This document shows, piece by piece, positions 62,344 through 64,000 of a DNA stretch of 64,000 nucleotides. Where the stretch lies: NCBI GenBank assembly GCA_014905635.1, contig JABVCE010000035.1:62001-126000 (forward strand), in the 5' to 3' direction. Position numbers and translations under genes: made by a program. The notes below the pieces were generated by a model, which saw only the letters and a list, made by a program, of their open reading frames with translations, searched no databases and was not told the origin of the DNA. Within the stretch, counting starts at the first letter, position 1. Every line of letters starts with the position of its first letter. Source of the stretch: Scenedesmus sp. PABB004 (taxonomy: Eukaryota).

Positions 62344-64000
62344 TCAGGGCACGATCTGCACGGAGAGCGTCGTCGTGCCGAGGTACAGCGGGTAGCCAGC
62401 GAGCGTCGCCTGCGGGCGGCCAACGAGCGCGGCCGGGCGGCGCGGGCGCGTGAGCGTGGGCGGGCGGGGCGGCGCACGCCTGGCGTGGACGCGTGCGCGC
62501 CGCGCGGCGGCGGCGGCGCAGCCCCGCGCGCGTGCGCGCGCGGCGGTGTGCAGGTGCGCCCACCTGGTTGCACGTGGTGTAGATGCTGGCGTCGAGCAGC
62601 GACTGCGTGCAGCACGCGACGCTGATGCGGTCGCTGCCCGCCACGTTCGTCGGATACGCAAAGTTGGTCGTGTACGGGTACGTCCCGCCGACCGGCGCGC
62701 AGGACCCCCAGGCCGCGGGGTGCGCGCCTGCGGGGGCGCGGGCGCGCGGGCGCGCGGGCGCGCGCGGGCGCGTCAGCACCGCGCCGCGTCGGCGGCGCCG
62801 GGGGGGTGTGGCCCTGCTGGAGGTTCCCTGGAGTCTACTTCTTTACTATCATCATTCTTCGAGTATTATCTAACAACACTCACCGGTGATGCGGAAGCAG
62901 CAGATGACGTCCTGCTTGAGGTAGCCGTTGATGGAGAAGCCGCCCTTGCACGTCTCCGTCTGGCCGGCGATCGCGGGGTTGGGCGAGCAGTCCATGTACA
63001 CGCCTGGCGGGGGGTGAAGTTGGGCGGGCGCGGGGTGCGGCGCGGCGGGCGGGCGCGGGCACGGCGGGCGGGTCAGGGGGACGGCGGCGGGCAGGTGCGG
63101 GCGGCGGCGCGCCCCGCGCGGCGCGGCGCGGCGCGGCGCGGCGCGCACCCTCGGGGTAGGTCTGCCAGCTCGCTGGCGGCGGCGGGCTCGGAGGCGGGTT
63201 CGGCGGCGGCGGCCGAGGCGGCGGCGGCGGCGGCGGCGGCCGCGGCGGCGGCGGCGGCCGCGGGGGCGGCGGCGGCGGCCGCGGGGGCGGGGGCGGCGCC
63301 ACCGGGCCAGCGACGCCAGGCGGGCTGCGGGGCGCGGCGGCGCGGGCGCGTCAGCGCTCACTCGCAGCGCGGCGAGCGCCGGCGCGCGCTGCGCGCCAGA
63401 GCGTGAGCCGCGGCGCCGCGGCGCTCACTTCGGTGGCGGTGGCGACGGTGGCGGCGGCCGCGGCGGCGGGGGCGGCGGCCTCGGGGTGGCGGCGGCCTCG
63501 GGGGCGGCGGCGGCCGCGGCGGCGGCGGCGGCGGGCGGCGGCGGCGCGGGATTGCTCCACACAATCGCCTGCGGGCGGCGGCGGCGGCAGGCGGCAAGCG
63601 TCGGCGCGGGAGGGGCGTGGGCGCGCGGCGCGGCGCGTCGGCTCCAGCTCCCGCGCCCGCGCCCGCGCCCGCGCGCGTGCCCGCACACACCACGTCCGCC
63701 GTGCCCCACAGCCCGCCGGTCGTGCTGCCTATGACAAAGTCCGAGTTGAAGCAGGCGGCGTAGGTCTGGTTGGTCACAACGTCGGCCTTGCAGCACGCCG
63801 CGGAGAGCAGGTCGGTGCCGGCGCGCAGCGAGCCGAGGACCATCGTCGTGAGCGGCGTCTGGGGCGCGCAGAACTCCTGGCCCTGGTTGGGCCCCGCCGG
63901 CACGGTGTCGAGCACGCGCTGTGCGGCGGGCGGGCGGGCGGGCGGGCGGGCGGGGGCGTGGCGTGGTGAGGCGCCGAGCGGGGCGCGGCGGCCGCAGCTG
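62344..64000 (-). CDS. Pro-rich, Cys-module extracellular (HRGP-like) protein, 3' part only
   Basis: Two similar modules (..DLLSAACCKADVV..YAACFN and ..DRISVACCTQSLL..YTTCNQ) flank [14 protein letters not shown] tracts; ends ..LSVQIVP*. The start lies beyond the window. Confidence 0.68.

Overview
Gene-dense, extremely GC-rich, intron-rich eukaryotic nuclear DNA. Gene content (CURT1, plant-type RelA/SpoT homologue, AP2 factor, IFT70, FAP77) and CCCTAAA motifs indicate a chlorophyte green alga; a Sphaeropleales-like lineage is my inference. Most of the supplied six-frame ORFs are GC artefacts, so I rebuilt about 24 spliced genes by eye: 3-hydroxybutyryl-CoA dehydrogenase (partial), an AP2 factor, a methyltransferase, S-formylglutathione hydrolase, formate-THF ligase, FAP77, MSH5, a Cys-rich secreted protein, an ATC-hydrolase-like protein with a small upstream ORF, a six-module secreted beta-rich protein, a secreted LivK-like binding protein, an NFKBIL1-like protein, RSH, FPGS, CURT1, an ASCH protein, a DUF4708/SAP-like protein, IFT70, an M43 protease, TIM23, a UVR-HEAT-TPR protein, SF3B6 and a partial Pro-rich wall protein. 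The most notable observations are: a candidate bicistron with a 7-nt spacer; a uORF whose stop directly abuts the FPGS ATG; adjacent formate-producing and formate-consuming C1 genes; an unusually high number of GC-AG introns; and a divergent pair of secreted proteins with bacterial-like modules. All family calls come from motif recognition, not database searches, and all exon boundaries are manual.
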